From positions 2,176,001 through 2,240,000 of the forward strand of contig OY969696.1 of assembly GCA_963702005.1 (NCBI GenBank): a stretch of DNA of 64,000 nucleotides, given 5' to 3'. Within the stretch, counting starts at the first letter, position 1. Each line of letters begins with the position of its first letter. The notes under the pieces are model-generated. The model was not told the origin of the DNA. It saw only the letters and a list, made by a program, of their open reading frames with translations, and made no database searches. The position numbers and the translations under genes are program-made. Origin of the DNA: Candidatus Aminicenantes bacterium. GTDB lineage: Bacteria; Acidobacteriota; Aminicenantia; Aminicenantales; JAFGBC01. Shown in pieces: positions 20,395-30,779 of the stretch.

Positions 20395-21310
20395 CTATCC
20401 GGCCGTCGCCAAGTAAGCCCCCAGGAAAGCGAGTCCGATCGCCAGGATCCGCCAGGGGGTGACCTTTTCCTTGAGGAAGGTGGCGGCCAGGATGAAGATG
20501 AAGATCGAGCTGAGCTGGCTGAGGGCGGCCGCGACCGAAGCGAACGTGTATTTCATGCCCGCCATCCAGGCCATCAGGCTGACGTAGGTCCCCAAAAACG
20601 CCGCCGGCGCCATGGGCCGCCAGTTCGCGCTCCGGGCCAGGGGACGGAGAAGCTTCGCGCCGCTTGGGATGAAAGACGAAAACGAGCGCGAGCGAAATCG
20701 ACGCCCCGGCCAATCTCATGAACATGGCCCACAGGAGCGGGGCGGAGGAGAGCAGGGGCTTGATCATGACGATCCCGGCCGCCATCGTAAACATGGAGGC
20801 GGTCCCCAATCCGGTCCCGAGCATGAGGTCGCGGCGCGGAATCGTCCGCTCGTGCTTTTTTTGGGTGATGGTCAGAACGGCCGAAACGATGAGGGCCACG
20901 CCGAAGAGCTGGAGGGTGCTCATCCGCTCGCCCAGGAAGAGGAGAGAGAGCCCGATGATGAACGGGCTGTAGAAGCAGTCCACGATCGCCGAGAGGCTGG
21001 CTCCGAGCATGTTGAGGCTGACAAGGAACAATGTGTCCGAGATCGTGATTCCCAGGATGCCGCTCAAAACCATCATCGCGTAGGGGCGGGCGCCCAGGGC
21101 GGGAAGAAGCGGAAGCCCGAGGACGGCCGCGGTCAAGGCGACCAGGATCGCGGCGAATAAGTTTTTAAACAGGTTGAGGGCCAGGGGATGGACGGTCCGG
21201 CCCGAGACGCGGAACAGGATGACGGCGAACGACCAGACCAGTCCGGCCCCAAGCGAGAAGATCTCGCCGATGTGGGGGACGCGGACGAGCGACTCGAAGA
21301 ATCCGGACAT
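20395..21310 (-). pseudogene. EamA/DMT transporter with a single frameshift near 20655
   Basis: First ~215 codons in one frame, last TM helices (LSQLSSIFIFILAATFLKEKVT) in another; real pseudogene or sequencing error. Confidence 0.75.
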
Positions 21311-21457
21311 GATCGGTTCATTCACCTGGCGCGGAATAGAAATCCTCTTATAGCAGAATTCCCTGAGCCGGTCAATCAATAGCACTCTGATTTCATTGTT
21401 TTCGATATGGCCCGCACGGCCGGATTTGATATGATAGGACAAACGGAGGAAATGGCA

Positions 21458-23053
21458 ATGCCGCATAAACGTTCAAATCGATTTATCTGGCTGGAGTTCG
21501 CCCTGGTTTTCGCCGCCGGCTTGCTGATCCGGGCCGGGGCGGCGCCGGAAGCTTTTCGGCCCGAGCCGGCATTCGACTCCTGCACGAGCCTGCTGGTCGG
21601 CCGGCTCGCCTCGGCCGACGGCTCGACCATGACCTCCCATTCCTGCGACAGCTCGACCGACCGGACCTGGATGACGATCGTCCCCCACGCCAAACATAAG
21701 GCTGGCGAGACGGCTAAAGTTTATTTCGAGGCCAAGAGGACCAAAGGACCCGACGACAAGGACCGGCTCGAGACTGGCGAGATCCCCCAAGTCCCCGAGA
21801 CCTACGCCTTTTTCAACGCCGCCTACCCGATCATGAACGAGCGGCAACTCGCCATCGGCGAGACGACGATCGGCGGCCGGCCCGAGCTCCAGAGCGACGA
21901 AGGAATGATCGACGCGCCCGAGCTCTACCGCCTCGTCCTGGAGCGGGCCGCGACGGCCCGGGAGGCCATACGGATCGCAGACGATTTAACCGCCAAATAC
22001 GGCTATACGGACTGGGGCGAGTGCTTCACCTTCGCCGACCCCAAGGAGGTCTGGCAGTTCGAGATTTTCGGGCCGGGTAAGAAGCGGAAGGGCGCGGTTT
22101 GGGCGGCCGAGCGGGTGCCGGATGACGAAATCGGCCTATCGGCCAACGCCTCGCGGATACGCGCCATCGATGTTGGGGACCCCGAGCGCTTCATGACCTC
22201 GGCCAATGTCGTTTCTCTTGCCGAAGAGCTCGGATTCTGGTCGAGAGCGGCCGGGCAGCCTTTCGAATTCTGTTACGCCTACGCGCCCAAGTCGCGGACG
22301 AGCCTTTATTCGCGGCGCCGGGAGTGGCGGGCTTTAAGCCTGCTCGCCCCGTCGCTCGGCCTCGACCCCGAGTCCGAGAACTATCCTTTTTCGGTCAAGC
22401 CGGAGAAAAAAGTTACGGTCGGCGACCTTCTCCGGATCTTTCGGGATACCTATGCGGATACGGTCTACGACATGACCCGGACTCTGACGACGGTCAATAA
22501 AAAGGGCGAGGTCGTCAAGAGCCCGGTCGCCGGCCCGTTTCTCAACGGCGATTGGAGGGATCTCCTCCACATCAAACGGGAGCGAACAATCTGCTCGCCG
22601 GCCGCGACCTACCTCCAGATCACCCAGTCCCGTGATTGGCTCCCGGACCCGATCGGAGGGATTGTCTGGGTCGGTTACGACAATCCTGCCACAACCCCGC
22701 ACACGCCCTTCTATATCGGAATCGCCCGGATGCCGGCCTCGTACATGGTGGACGGCCGCTGGCGATTCCGCCGCGATTGCGGCTGGTGGGCGTTCCGGAC
22801 CGTGAGCAAGCTGGCCCTCCTCCGCTGGCAGGAGATGACCAAGGATATCGAGAAGGTCTGGTCGGGGATCGAAAGCGCCGCCTTCGCCGAACAAGCCAAG
22901 GTCGAGGCGGACGCCCTCGCGCTCTACAAAGCCGACCCGGCCAAGGCCCGCGCCTTCCTGACCCGCTACAGCATTGATATGGCCGAGAAGGCCGTGGCCG
23001 CCTATTGGGCGCTGGCCGACGAGCTCCTGGGCAAGTACGCCGCCGATTTCTGA
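21458..23053 (+). CDS. Dipeptidase, peptidase family C69
   Basis: Signal peptide then CTSLLVG..ASADGS, MNERQLAIGETT, ADPKEVW; GGAGG RBS. Confidence 0.9.
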   Translation: MPHKRSNRFIWLEFALVFAAGLLIRAGAAPEAFRPEPAFDSCTSLLVGRLASADGSTMTSHSCDSSTDRTWMTIVPHAKHKAGETAKVYFEAKRTKGPDDKDRLETGEIPQVPETYAFFNAAYPIMNERQLAIGETTIGGRPELQSDEGMIDAPELYRLVLERAATAREAIRIADDLTAKYGYTDWGECFTFADPKEVWQFEIFGPGKKRKGAVWAAERVPDDEIGLSANASRIRAIDVGDPERFMTSANVVSLAEELGFWSRAAGQPFEFCYAYAPKSRTSLYSRRREWRALSLLAPSLGLDPESENYPFSVKPEKKVTVGDLLRIFRDTYADTVYDMTRTLTTVNKKGEVVKSPVAGPFLNGDWRDLLHIKRERTICSPAATYLQITQSRDWLPDPIGGIVWVGYDNPATTPHTPFYIGIARMPASYMVDGRWRFRRDCGWWAFRTVSKLALLRWQEMTKDIEKVWSGIESAAFAEQAKVEADALALYKADPAKARAFLTRYSIDMAEKAVAAYWALADELLGKYAADF

Positions 23054-23129
23054 GCCGACAACGGATTTCCTCTCCCCGCTATCCGGGAGGCAAATCAAAG
23101 AATAAGAGCCCTGTAAGGCGTTCAGCAGC

Positions 23130-23158
23130 TTGACATCGCTTCAAGATGAAGATATATA
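23130..23158 (+). promoter_or_regulatory. Sigma-70 promoter
   Basis: TTGACA-17 bp-TATATA upstream of the 23212 ORF. Confidence 0.65.
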
Positions 23159-23211
23159 TTAAAAGAAAATTTGGTTTTCATTAGGATTTTAGGGGACAAA
23201 CCATAAAACGT

Positions 23212-25188
23212 ATGCTGATCTTGAGTATGGCTTTCGGTTTACTGGCAATGGGATCCCTCTCATCGGCCGGAAATGCCCAGATAAGGCCCGTAGAAAAGCA
23301 TTCAAAAGCCCAAAAGCGGATTGACCGCGTTACCGTAGATCTCTATATCAGCGGAACGATCACCTGGGACATGGACGGAAGGGGGCTTGAGGGTGTAGGC
23401 ATAATTGTGGATTATTGTAATGAACGGTGGACAGCAACGCTTCCAAATGGCCACTTCTCTTTCAAACATGAAGGCCTTGGGGCTCCGGCTCACTTCGCAC
23501 CGCAACTCGGCGGATTTATTTTCTCCCCTGAATTCCGTGATGTCACCTGCAATATGTCAGATATACCAAATCAAAATTTCACAGCCACATATGTGGGTCG
23601 CCCTCTCGTCCTGACCGCTCCCGTCGGGGGGGAGGTCTGGCCTAAGGTCTCGATCCAAAAAATCATGTGGAAGTCCATAGAGCTGTCCGGACATCTCGCC
23701 CTGGATCTTTACCGGAACGGGACTAAGGTCGGCCGGATCGCCGAAAATGTGCGCCAGGAGGGCGAGTTCTACTCTTGGCCGGTCGGAACGCTGACGGAAG
23801 GAAAGGCCGAGCAAGGCGGCGGCTATAGGGTGAAAATTTCTTTGCAAAAATATTCCTTTCTTCCGGGGACGAGGGACATAAGCGACGGTGCGTTCACGAT
23901 CGGCTCAAACCCCATACTGGCTCTGACCTCGCCCAATGGAGGAGAAGACTTGGCGCTGGGGGCGAGCCACGCCATCGGATGGAAGGCCGACAAACTTGTT
24001 ACGGGTCTCGGTCGGCTGGTGCTCTTCAAGGACGGGGTCAAGCAGGGGATCATCGCCGATGACATACCGATCGCAGCCCGCTATTACAATTGGATTGCCG
24101 GGAGTACTCCCGGAGGCGCGGTTGCCCCGGGAATGGGCTACAAGGTCAAGATCGTATCCAAGGATCTTGATCTTGAGGACGCGAGCGACAAGGCTTTCAC
24201 CATGACGAAGAAGCCCTTCATATCGCTGACGTCTCCCAACGGCGATGAGGAGTGGCAGAAGGGGAGTTGGTATCCGATCACTTGGTCATCGAGGGATGTG
24301 TCGGGCTTCTGCGATCTCGAGCTCTATCGGAATGGGACGAAGCTGGGCGTCATCGCCAAAGATATCTCCGTCGCGGACGGAAATTCCAGATGGAAAGCCG
24401 GTTTGTACAGAGGCGGCATCGCGCCGATTGGGAAAGGGTACAAGGTCAAGCTCGACGTCAAGGGGACGGCTTTTTCCGATTTCAGCAACAGGAGTTTTGA
24501 ACTGGCGTTCCTGACGGCGTTGGTCATCGACCACAAATGCACGGATTTAGCGAAGATCCCGGAGGAATGGATTCGGAAGGCCGGGGCGCTCCTGAGGGTT
24601 CAGTACGCGAGCGGAGCGTTCCCCGATGATCTCAACCGGGGGCTCGACGCTCTAACCGCAAAAGAGGGTGGACCCGGCGCCTTATATCTGATTCAGGGAC
24701 AGCCGCAGCTTCATTTGCTCTCGGCGATCAAGCCCGAGTTCTTCTGGCGGGGGAGTGGGCCGACGCTGACGGTTAATGCCGTCGAGACTCTGGGTTTGAA
24801 TGTCACGGGCTGGTCATGGGGGAAAGAACTTGAGAATGGCGGGACTCAAGATGTTCGGGAATACCTCCGGAGCATGGGGTCGATGGAAGACGGTCACAAA
24901 GCTGTGAAGTTTATTTATTTCACGGCTCCGGCGCGTTCGGCGCTGAGCTCGAGAGCCAACCTCAACGCCGAGATTCGCAAATATTGCCGAGAGAAGGGCA
25001 AGATTTTGTTTGATTGGGAGGACCTGGACAGCTGGTATAAAGGAGACAGGTATTCGGAGCAGGGAATCCCGATGATTCATCCCCGCTATCGGGATTCGCA
25101 AAATCGGGTCAACTCCCTGAGCTGCGAGATGAAAGCTCGGGCCTTCTGGTGGCTCATGGCCAGGCTGGCCGGCTGGGACGAGAAATAA
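23212..25188 (+). CDS. Exported multidomain protein: carboxypeptidase-regulatory-like domain, three Ig-like repeats, C-terminal alpha/beta domain
   Basis: Three LT(A/S)P.G.E.W..G....I.W...SD..F repeats; signal peptide. Confidence 0.7.
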   Translation: MLILSMAFGLLAMGSLSSAGNAQIRPVEKHSKAQKRIDRVTVDLYISGTITWDMDGRGLEGVGIIVDYCNERWTATLPNGHFSFKHEGLGAPAHFAPQLGGFIFSPEFRDVTCNMSDIPNQNFTATYVGRPLVLTAPVGGEVWPKVSIQKIMWKSIELSGHLALDLYRNGTKVGRIAENVRQEGEFYSWPVGTLTEGKAEQGGGYRVKISLQKYSFLPGTRDISDGAFTIGSNPILALTSPNGGEDLALGASHAIGWKADKLVTGLGRLVLFKDGVKQGIIADDIPIAARYYNWIAGSTPGGAVAPGMGYKVKIVSKDLDLEDASDKAFTMTKKPFISLTSPNGDEEWQKGSWYPITWSSRDVSGFCDLELYRNGTKLGVIAKDISVADGNSRWKAGLYRGGIAPIGKGYKVKLDVKGTAFSDFSNRSFELAFLTALVIDHKCTDLAKIPEEWIRKAGALLRVQYASGAFPDDLNRGLDALTAKEGGPGALYLIQGQPQLHLLSAIKPEFFWRGSGPTLTVNAVETLGLNVTGWSWGKELENGGTQDVREYLRSMGSMEDGHKAVKFIYFTAPARSALSSRANLNAEIRKYCREKGKILFDWEDLDSWYKGDRYSEQGIPMIHPRYRDSQNRVNSLSCEMKARAFWWLMARLAGWDEK

Positions 25189-25274
25189 AAGCCGATTCGT
25201 TCACCGCGACGAACCTGGAGTTTTGACAAGCTCCCGCGCTTTATGATTTACTGACCCTTCAGCGGCCAGTATCA

Positions 25275-27383
25275 ATGCATATTCTCGGCCTTCACATCCT
25301 CGATTTCGCCATCATCGTCATCTTCGTCGTCGTCATGCTTGTCCTGGGCTGGCGGGCCTCCCGGCGGACGCGCACGGCGGAAGATTTTTACATCGCCGGC
25401 CGCCGGCTCGGCAAGTTCTACCAGTTCTTCCTCAACCTGGGGACCTCAACCAACGCCGACCAGGCCATCGTCGTCTCGCGCGAGGTTTACCGCCAGGGAA
25501 TCGGCGGCATGTGGATCCAGTACCTGGTCCTGTTTCTGACGCCGTTCTATTGGTTCACGACCTGCTTCTTCCGGCGGGTCCGGCTGGTCACGATCGGCGA
25601 CTTCTTCAGCGAGCGCTTCAAGAGCCGTTTCCTGGGCGCCGCCTTCGCCGTCTTCACCCTGTTCATGGCCTTTTTGGGGAACGGCGTCGGCTACATGGTG
25701 GCAGCTAAGACCATGATCGCGCTCACCCCCAAACCGGCCGCGAGCTACACGGCCGCCGAACGGACGAGCGTCGAGATGTTCCGCGAGCTGCGCTCCCTCG
25801 AGGCTAAGCGGGACGGGCCCGGCTTGGGAGCGGACGAAGCGGCCCGCCTAGCCGAGCTCCGCGAGCGCGATAAAAGAGGCGAGCTCCGTTCGGTCATCTC
25901 CTATACGAACCCATTTGTCATCTATGCCATCTACACGATCATCGTCGGCATTTACACAATCTTGGGCGGCTTCTTCGCGGCCGTCCTGACCGACGTCATC
26001 CAGGGCGTCCTGATCACGACCTTCTCCCTTCTTCTTATCCCGATCGGATTGTCCAGGGTCGGCGGGTTCGCCGGGCTCCACGCCGCCGTCCCCGATTTCA
26101 TGTTCGCGCTGTTCGGCTCGGCCGCGGTCAGCGAATACGCCTGGTACACGATCCTGGCCATGGTCCTGGCCAACCTGGTCTCGATCATCGCCTCGGCCCC
26201 GGGCATGCAGACGGCCGGTTCAGCCAAGGACGAGATGACGGCCAGGTTCGGGATGATCGGCGGGATGTTCTTCAAGCGCTTCATCATGCTCTTCTGGGCC
26301 CTGACCGGGCTGCTGGCCATCGCCCTCTACAGCGGGAAGCTCCACGACCCGGACCTGATCTGGGGCACGATGACCATGGACCTCCTCTTCCCGGGCGCGA
26401 TCGGCCTGATGATGGCCGGGGTCCTGGCGGCCAAGATGTCGTCGCTGTCCGGGGCGAGCGTCTCCTATTCGGCCCTGTTTATCCGAAACCTCTACCAGCC
26501 CTTCGTCAAGCCCAAGTCGGACCGGCGCCTGATCGCGGTCGGCCGGGTCGCCATCGCGGTGACCCTGGTCGGCGGGGTCGGGGCCGCTCTCTTCGTCGGA
26601 AACCTGCTCGACCTGTTCAAATACTTCATCTCGCTCCCGGCCGTGTTCGGGGCGGCCATCTGGCTCGGCTTCGTCTGGCGGCGGCTGACCCGGAGCGCCG
26701 TCATCGCCCAGGTCGCGATCTGCTTCCTGATTTACGCGGTCATCCCCAATGTCTTTCAAACCCTCAACTGGGCCCGGACCAACCCGTCCTTCCTCAAGGA
26801 AACCCGGGCGCAGGTCCGTTGGGTCGAAACCAAAGCCGTCCATACAGACTTGGCGGCGGGGAGGGCGGGGACGCTCGGGGAACATATCAGGAAACAGGTC
26901 GTCCTAGAGCCGGCCGCGATATTCTATGAAAAGACCGCGCGGGTCAATCCCGAAGATCCGGAGTCGCCCAAGGTCGGGATCGGCCGCTTCCATGCCGAGA
27001 TCTGGGTTCTGAGTTGGCTCGGAATCGACTTCGTCGGCTGGTCGAAGGCGCAGCTCAGCGCGGCCCGCTTCTTTTTCGATGCCCTGTTTCCCTTCCTGCT
27101 TCTCTTCTTGTTGAGCCTGGTCAGCAAGCCCGTTCCCAAGCCCGACCTCGACCGGTTTTTCGCCAAGATTCACACGCCGGTCCAGCCGACGCCGGAGGCG
27201 GAAGCCAAGGCTCTTGCCGACGCCTACGCCGATCCCGATAAGTTTAGGGAGAGGAAGATCTGGCCGCGGTCGAACTGGGAGATCATGAAACCGGGCAGGA
27301 AGGACGTCCTCGGCTTCGGAGGGAGCTGGATCCTGGTCGGCGTCATCATCTTCCTCCTCTGGCTCATGGTCCATATTAAATAG
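25275..27383 (+). CDS. Sodium:solute symporter family protein
   Basis: DFYIAGRRLG, TIGDFFSERF, GGFFAAVLTDVIQG, many TM helices. Confidence 0.9.
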   Translation: MHILGLHILDFAIIVIFVVVMLVLGWRASRRTRTAEDFYIAGRRLGKFYQFFLNLGTSTNADQAIVVSREVYRQGIGGMWIQYLVLFLTPFYWFTTCFFRRVRLVTIGDFFSERFKSRFLGAAFAVFTLFMAFLGNGVGYMVAAKTMIALTPKPAASYTAAERTSVEMFRELRSLEAKRDGPGLGADEAARLAELRERDKRGELRSVISYTNPFVIYAIYTIIVGIYTILGGFFAAVLTDVIQGVLITTFSLLLIPIGLSRVGGFAGLHAAVPDFMFALFGSAAVSEYAWYTILAMVLANLVSIIASAPGMQTAGSAKDEMTARFGMIGGMFFKRFIMLFWALTGLLAIALYSGKLHDPDLIWGTMTMDLLFPGAIGLMMAGVLAAKMSSLSGASVSYSALFIRNLYQPFVKPKSDRRLIAVGRVAIAVTLVGGVGAALFVGNLLDLFKYFISLPAVFGAAIWLGFVWRRLTRSAVIAQVAICFLIYAVIPNVFQTLNWARTNPSFLKETRAQVRWVETKAVHTDLAAGRAGTLGEHIRKQVVLEPAAIFYEKTARVNPEDPESPKVGIGRFHAEIWVLSWLGIDFVGWSKAQLSAARFFFDALFPFLLLFLLSLVSKPVPKPDLDRFFAKIHTPVQPTPEAEAKALADAYADPDKFRERKIWPRSNWEIMKPGRKDVLGFGGSWILVGVIIFLLWLMVHIK

Positions 27384-27396
27384 GCGGATAAATATC

Positions 27397-28422
27397 GTGC
27401 CCCTTCGTAAAGATATCCGCAGCCTGACGCTCGATGAGCTGCGGGCGTTTTTCGCGGACATCGGCGAGCCCGGCTTTCGCGCCGAGCAGGTTTACGCGTG
27501 GCTCTATAAACGCGGAGGGCTTGACTTCGAGGGCTGGACGGATTTCCCGCGAGCGCTCAGGGATCGGCTTCCCGATCTGTTCACGGCCCCCCGGCTCGAG
27601 CTTTACGGACGCCTTAAGTCCAAGGACGGGACCGAGAAGCTCGTCTTCAGGCTCCCCGACGGAGTTATTATCGAGACCGTCCTCATCCCGTCAGAAGCGC
27701 GGGCGACGATCTGCCTTTCGAGTCAGGCCGGATGCAAGTTCCGCTGCGTCTTCTGCGCGTCGGGCCTCGACGGATTCAAGCGCGATCTCACGGCGGGCGA
27801 GATCGTCGGCCAAGTCCTCGCCGTCCGCGATGCCGCGAACCTGGCGCCGACCAACATCGTGGTCATGGGCATGGGCGAGCCCATCGACAATTTCGACAAC
27901 CTGGAAAGAGCCCTCCGCATCCTCAACGACCGGCGGGGGCTCGGGCTCGCCGCGCGTCGGATGACGGTCTCGACGGCCGGGCACATTCCGGGAATCGATC
28001 GATTCGCGAAGCTGGGGCTCCAAGTCAACCTGTCGCTGTCCTTGCACGCCGTGACGGATAAACTGCGCAGCGAGCTCATGCCTATCAACCGGAAATACCC
28101 GCTTAAGGACCTGTTGGCCGCCTGCGAGCGCTATATTCAAGGAGGCGGGCGGAAGATCACCTGTGAGTACATCTTGATCCGGGGAGTCAACGATGGCGCG
28201 GCCGACGCCAAGGGGCTGGCAGGGATCTCGAAAAAACTCTGGGCCAAGGTCAACCTGATCCCCTACAGCCCAGTTCTCGGGCTGCCCTATCAGACGCCCT
28301 CGCCCAAGGAGGCCGGAGCGTTCAAGCGCCGCCTCGAGGCCCGGGGAGTTCCGGTCACACTGCGCCGCTCCCAGGGCGCCGATATCCTGGCCGCTTGCGG
28401 CCAGCTGGCTGGCCGCGTTTGA
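27397..28422 (+). CDS. rlmN: 23S rRNA (A2503-C2) methyltransferase RlmN
   Basis: CLSSQAGCKFRCVFCASG, MGMGEP, SLHA, ILAACGQL. Confidence 0.96.
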   Translation: MPLRKDIRSLTLDELRAFFADIGEPGFRAEQVYAWLYKRGGLDFEGWTDFPRALRDRLPDLFTAPRLELYGRLKSKDGTEKLVFRLPDGVIIETVLIPSEARATICLSSQAGCKFRCVFCASGLDGFKRDLTAGEIVGQVLAVRDAANLAPTNIVVMGMGEPIDNFDNLERALRILNDRRGLGLAARRMTVSTAGHIPGIDRFAKLGLQVNLSLSLHAVTDKLRSELMPINRKYPLKDLLAACERYIQGGGRKITCEYILIRGVNDGAADAKGLAGISKKLWAKVNLIPYSPVLGLPYQTPSPKEAGAFKRRLEARGVPVTLRRSQGADILAACGQLAGRV

Positions 28423-28446
28423 AGGCAGTTCCTCAACCCTTAGGCG

Positions 28447-29634
28447 TCACCCTGTTTTTATCAAGCGGGCCGGGCGGGCCCATTCCGCGTCGGTTTCGCT
28501 GGGCAACACGGATTCGGTGTAGCACCGCTCCATAATCTCATCCAGGCCCTCGACCCAAACGCGTTTTCCGTTGGGCTCGGCCTCATAGCGGAGAAGGCCG
28601 GAGGGGAAATCCGCGATCCCGGCCGCGGAGTCCTGCATCCCGTTGACGGCGAGCGTCTGGGCCGAGGCGGCTTCGATGCCGCAGACAGGCGCACGGCCGC
28701 TCCGCACGGCCCGGATCGAGTCCCAGAGCTTTTTTAAGGGCTCGGCGTCGGGAGACCCATAATTTTTGACCTTGCCGTCATGGAAGAAAGCCTTGATGTC
28801 CGATCCCCGTCCCGCGGCCAGCACGGTCGCCCTCTCGAAGTCGTAGGACAAGACCGGCCCCGAATCCAGGCGGCCGGCGTGGCTCACCAGGAACAATATC
28901 TCGACGCCGCTATCGGCTCTGATCCGGGCCGCGGCCGTGTCGTAGTTCTCGATCCGGTTCGCCCGGTAGAGCTCGGCCTGGACCTCGACCGGCCGGGCGC
29001 TTCGCTCCGTCAGGTCGCCCAGGATATAGAACATGTTGTGAAGATCATGGGCCATGGCGTTGTTGGCCGGACTGTCTAAAACCCATCGTCCCGCGGCGTC
29101 TTTAATCCTCCCCGCCCAGGAGTTCCGCGCATAGTAGGCATCGTCGCGCGGCCAGAGATAGAGGCAGCTCAGGCGTTTGGGCCGGCCCAGCGCTCCGCTC
29201 AGGATATCCTTTTTCAAGCGCTGGATGGCGTCGCTGAAGGACCACTGGAAGCCCACGGCGACCCAGCGGCCGGCCCGGTCGCGGGCTTCCCGCATGGCCT
29301 TGGCATCCTGGACGGTCGCGGCCAGGGGCTTTTCGCACAGGACATGGCTGCCGCGGGAAAGGGCCAGGATGGTCTGGGGGGCGTGGAACTGGATGGGGGA
29401 GGAGATGACGGCCAGCTCCGCCTCCCCCCGGGCGTAGAAATCTTCGAGGGTGGGGACGATCGGAATCCCCGAAGCTTTTAGCTCCGCAAGGCGGGGGCAG
29501 CGCGCCGGTTCGGGATCGACCGCCCCGACCATCCGGAACAGTCCTTCCGGGGCGCGGTCGAGAAGCTCCGCGACATAGACGCCGCCCATGCCGCCGATGC
29601 CGGCCAGCACGATCGAAACCGGATTCTCGTCCAT
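28447..29634 (-). CDS. Gfo/Idh/MocA family oxidoreductase
   Basis: AGIGGMG, HVLCEKP. Confidence 0.9.
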   Translation of the reverse strand: MDENPVSIVLAGIGGMGGVYVAELLDRAPEGLFRMVGAVDPEPARCPRLAELKASGIPIVPTLEDFYARGEAELAVISSPIQFHAPQTILALSRGSHVLCEKPLAATVQDAKAMREARDRAGRWVAVGFQWSFSDAIQRLKKDILSGALGRPKRLSCLYLWPRDDAYYARNSWAGRIKDAAGRWVLDSPANNAMAHDLHNMFYILGDLTERSARPVEVQAELYRANRIENYDTAAARIRADSGVEILFLVSHAGRLDSGPVLSYDFERATVLAAGRGSDIKAFFHDGKVKNYGSPDAEPLKKLWDSIRAVRSGRAPVCGIEAASAQTLAVNGMQDSAAGIADFPSGLLRYEAEPNGKRVWVEGLDEIMERCYTESVLPSETDAEWARPARLIKTG

Positions 29635-29639
29635 GATCC

Positions 29640-30779
29640 CTAATAGCGACGCAGCTTGCGCTGCTCGTCGAGCATGGCCATGTAATTATCGTATTTCGTC
29701 CCGACCGCGACGCTGTGGCTCGTGCCCAGGATGAACCTTCCCCCGGGCTTGGCGATCTCCATGGCCCGCCGGACGTCGTTCCGGACGTCGTCCGGCGTCC
29801 CGCCGATGAGATTCTCGACGGCGACGCCTCCCCAGATCGCGAGTCGGTCGCCGTAGAGTTCCTTGACGCGGCCGATGTCCATGCCGGCCGTGAGCTGAAC
29901 GGCTTGGTAGACGTCATAGCCGATCTCGACGAATATATCGAGATAGCTCCAGACGTTTCCGCAGCAGTGTTTGATGAGACGCTTCCCGAACCGCTCGCGG
30001 ACGGAGCGGGCTCGGGCTTTGTTGGCCTCGAGGAAGAGCTCCCTGAACATCCGGGGACTCACGAACGGGCCCGTCCTGTGGCCGAAGTCCCCGGCCCAGA
30101 GGACGGCGTCCGAGTCGCGGTGGATGAGGACCTCGTCGGCCGAGTTTTGCCGCCGGAGCTCGAACGCGGTCGCGGCCCGGACGGCCTCGGGATTCTCGAC
30201 GAGCTCGATCAGGCCGCGCTCCATCCCCCCCAGGAGGAGGATGCCGATCTCCCCGCCCGAAGGGCCGCAGATGAACTTCTCATCTTTGAAGCGCCGGACG
30301 ACGGCGTCGAGGACGGCCCAGGAGGCCGGATCGCGGCGGATCGGCTCCGGCTCTTTCCGGTACATCTCGGCCTTGAAGACCTGGGCGTCGCGGACCGGGT
30401 CCCGGACGCAGGTGATGTCCTGGGTCGCCTCGGAAAACTTATAGATCCGGCCGTACTTGTCTTCCCAGGTCGCTCCGTCGATCCGGCGCGGGGGCGCGTC
30501 ATCCGTTTCCGGCGGCAGCTCCCAGGTCGCGTTCGGGAAGGTCACGATGTCGAGGTCGAGCTTTTCATGGAGCTCGATGTGGTCGCGGCGCCAGCTCTCG
30601 GCGACCTCGGCCCGGCGGCCCTCCCAAAAGGCGATCTGGGATTTGGCCTTGGCGCGGAGGTAGGTCTCGTGGCCGATGATCCGTTCGACGGTGTCGAAAT
30701 CCACGGCGAACTCGCCGTAGGGAACGCGGTCGGGGAGGCGGCCGGCGAGGACGGCTTGGACCCGCTCCTTGGAGTTCAT
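29640..30779 (-). CDS. Uroporphyrinogen decarboxylase/MtaA-like methyltransferase family protein
   Basis: MNSKERV..PDRVP, DFG...GPFVSP, HCCG, GGRFILG. Confidence 0.85.
   Translation of the reverse strand: MNSKERVQAVLAGRLPDRVPYGEFAVDFDTVERIIGHETYLRAKAKSQIAFWEGRRAEVAESWRRDHIELHEKLDLDIVTFPNATWELPPETDDAPPRRIDGATWEDKYGRIYKFSEATQDITCVRDPVRDAQVFKAEMYRKEPEPIRRDPASWAVLDAVVRRFKDEKFICGPSGGEIGILLLGGMERGLIELVENPEAVRAATAFELRRQNSADEVLIHRDSDAVLWAGDFGHRTGPFVSPRMFRELFLEANKARARSVRERFGKRLIKHCCGNVWSYLDIFVEIGYDVYQAVQLTAGMDIGRVKELYGDRLAIWGGVAVENLIGGTPDDVRNDVRRAMEIAKPGGRFILGTSHSVAVGTKYDNYMAMLDEQRKLRRY

Noticed and set aside
18880-30779. Pyrrolysine or selenocysteine read-through in methyltransfer-related genes
   Set aside because: Corrinoid and UroD-like ORFs are complete with no in-frame stop to explain
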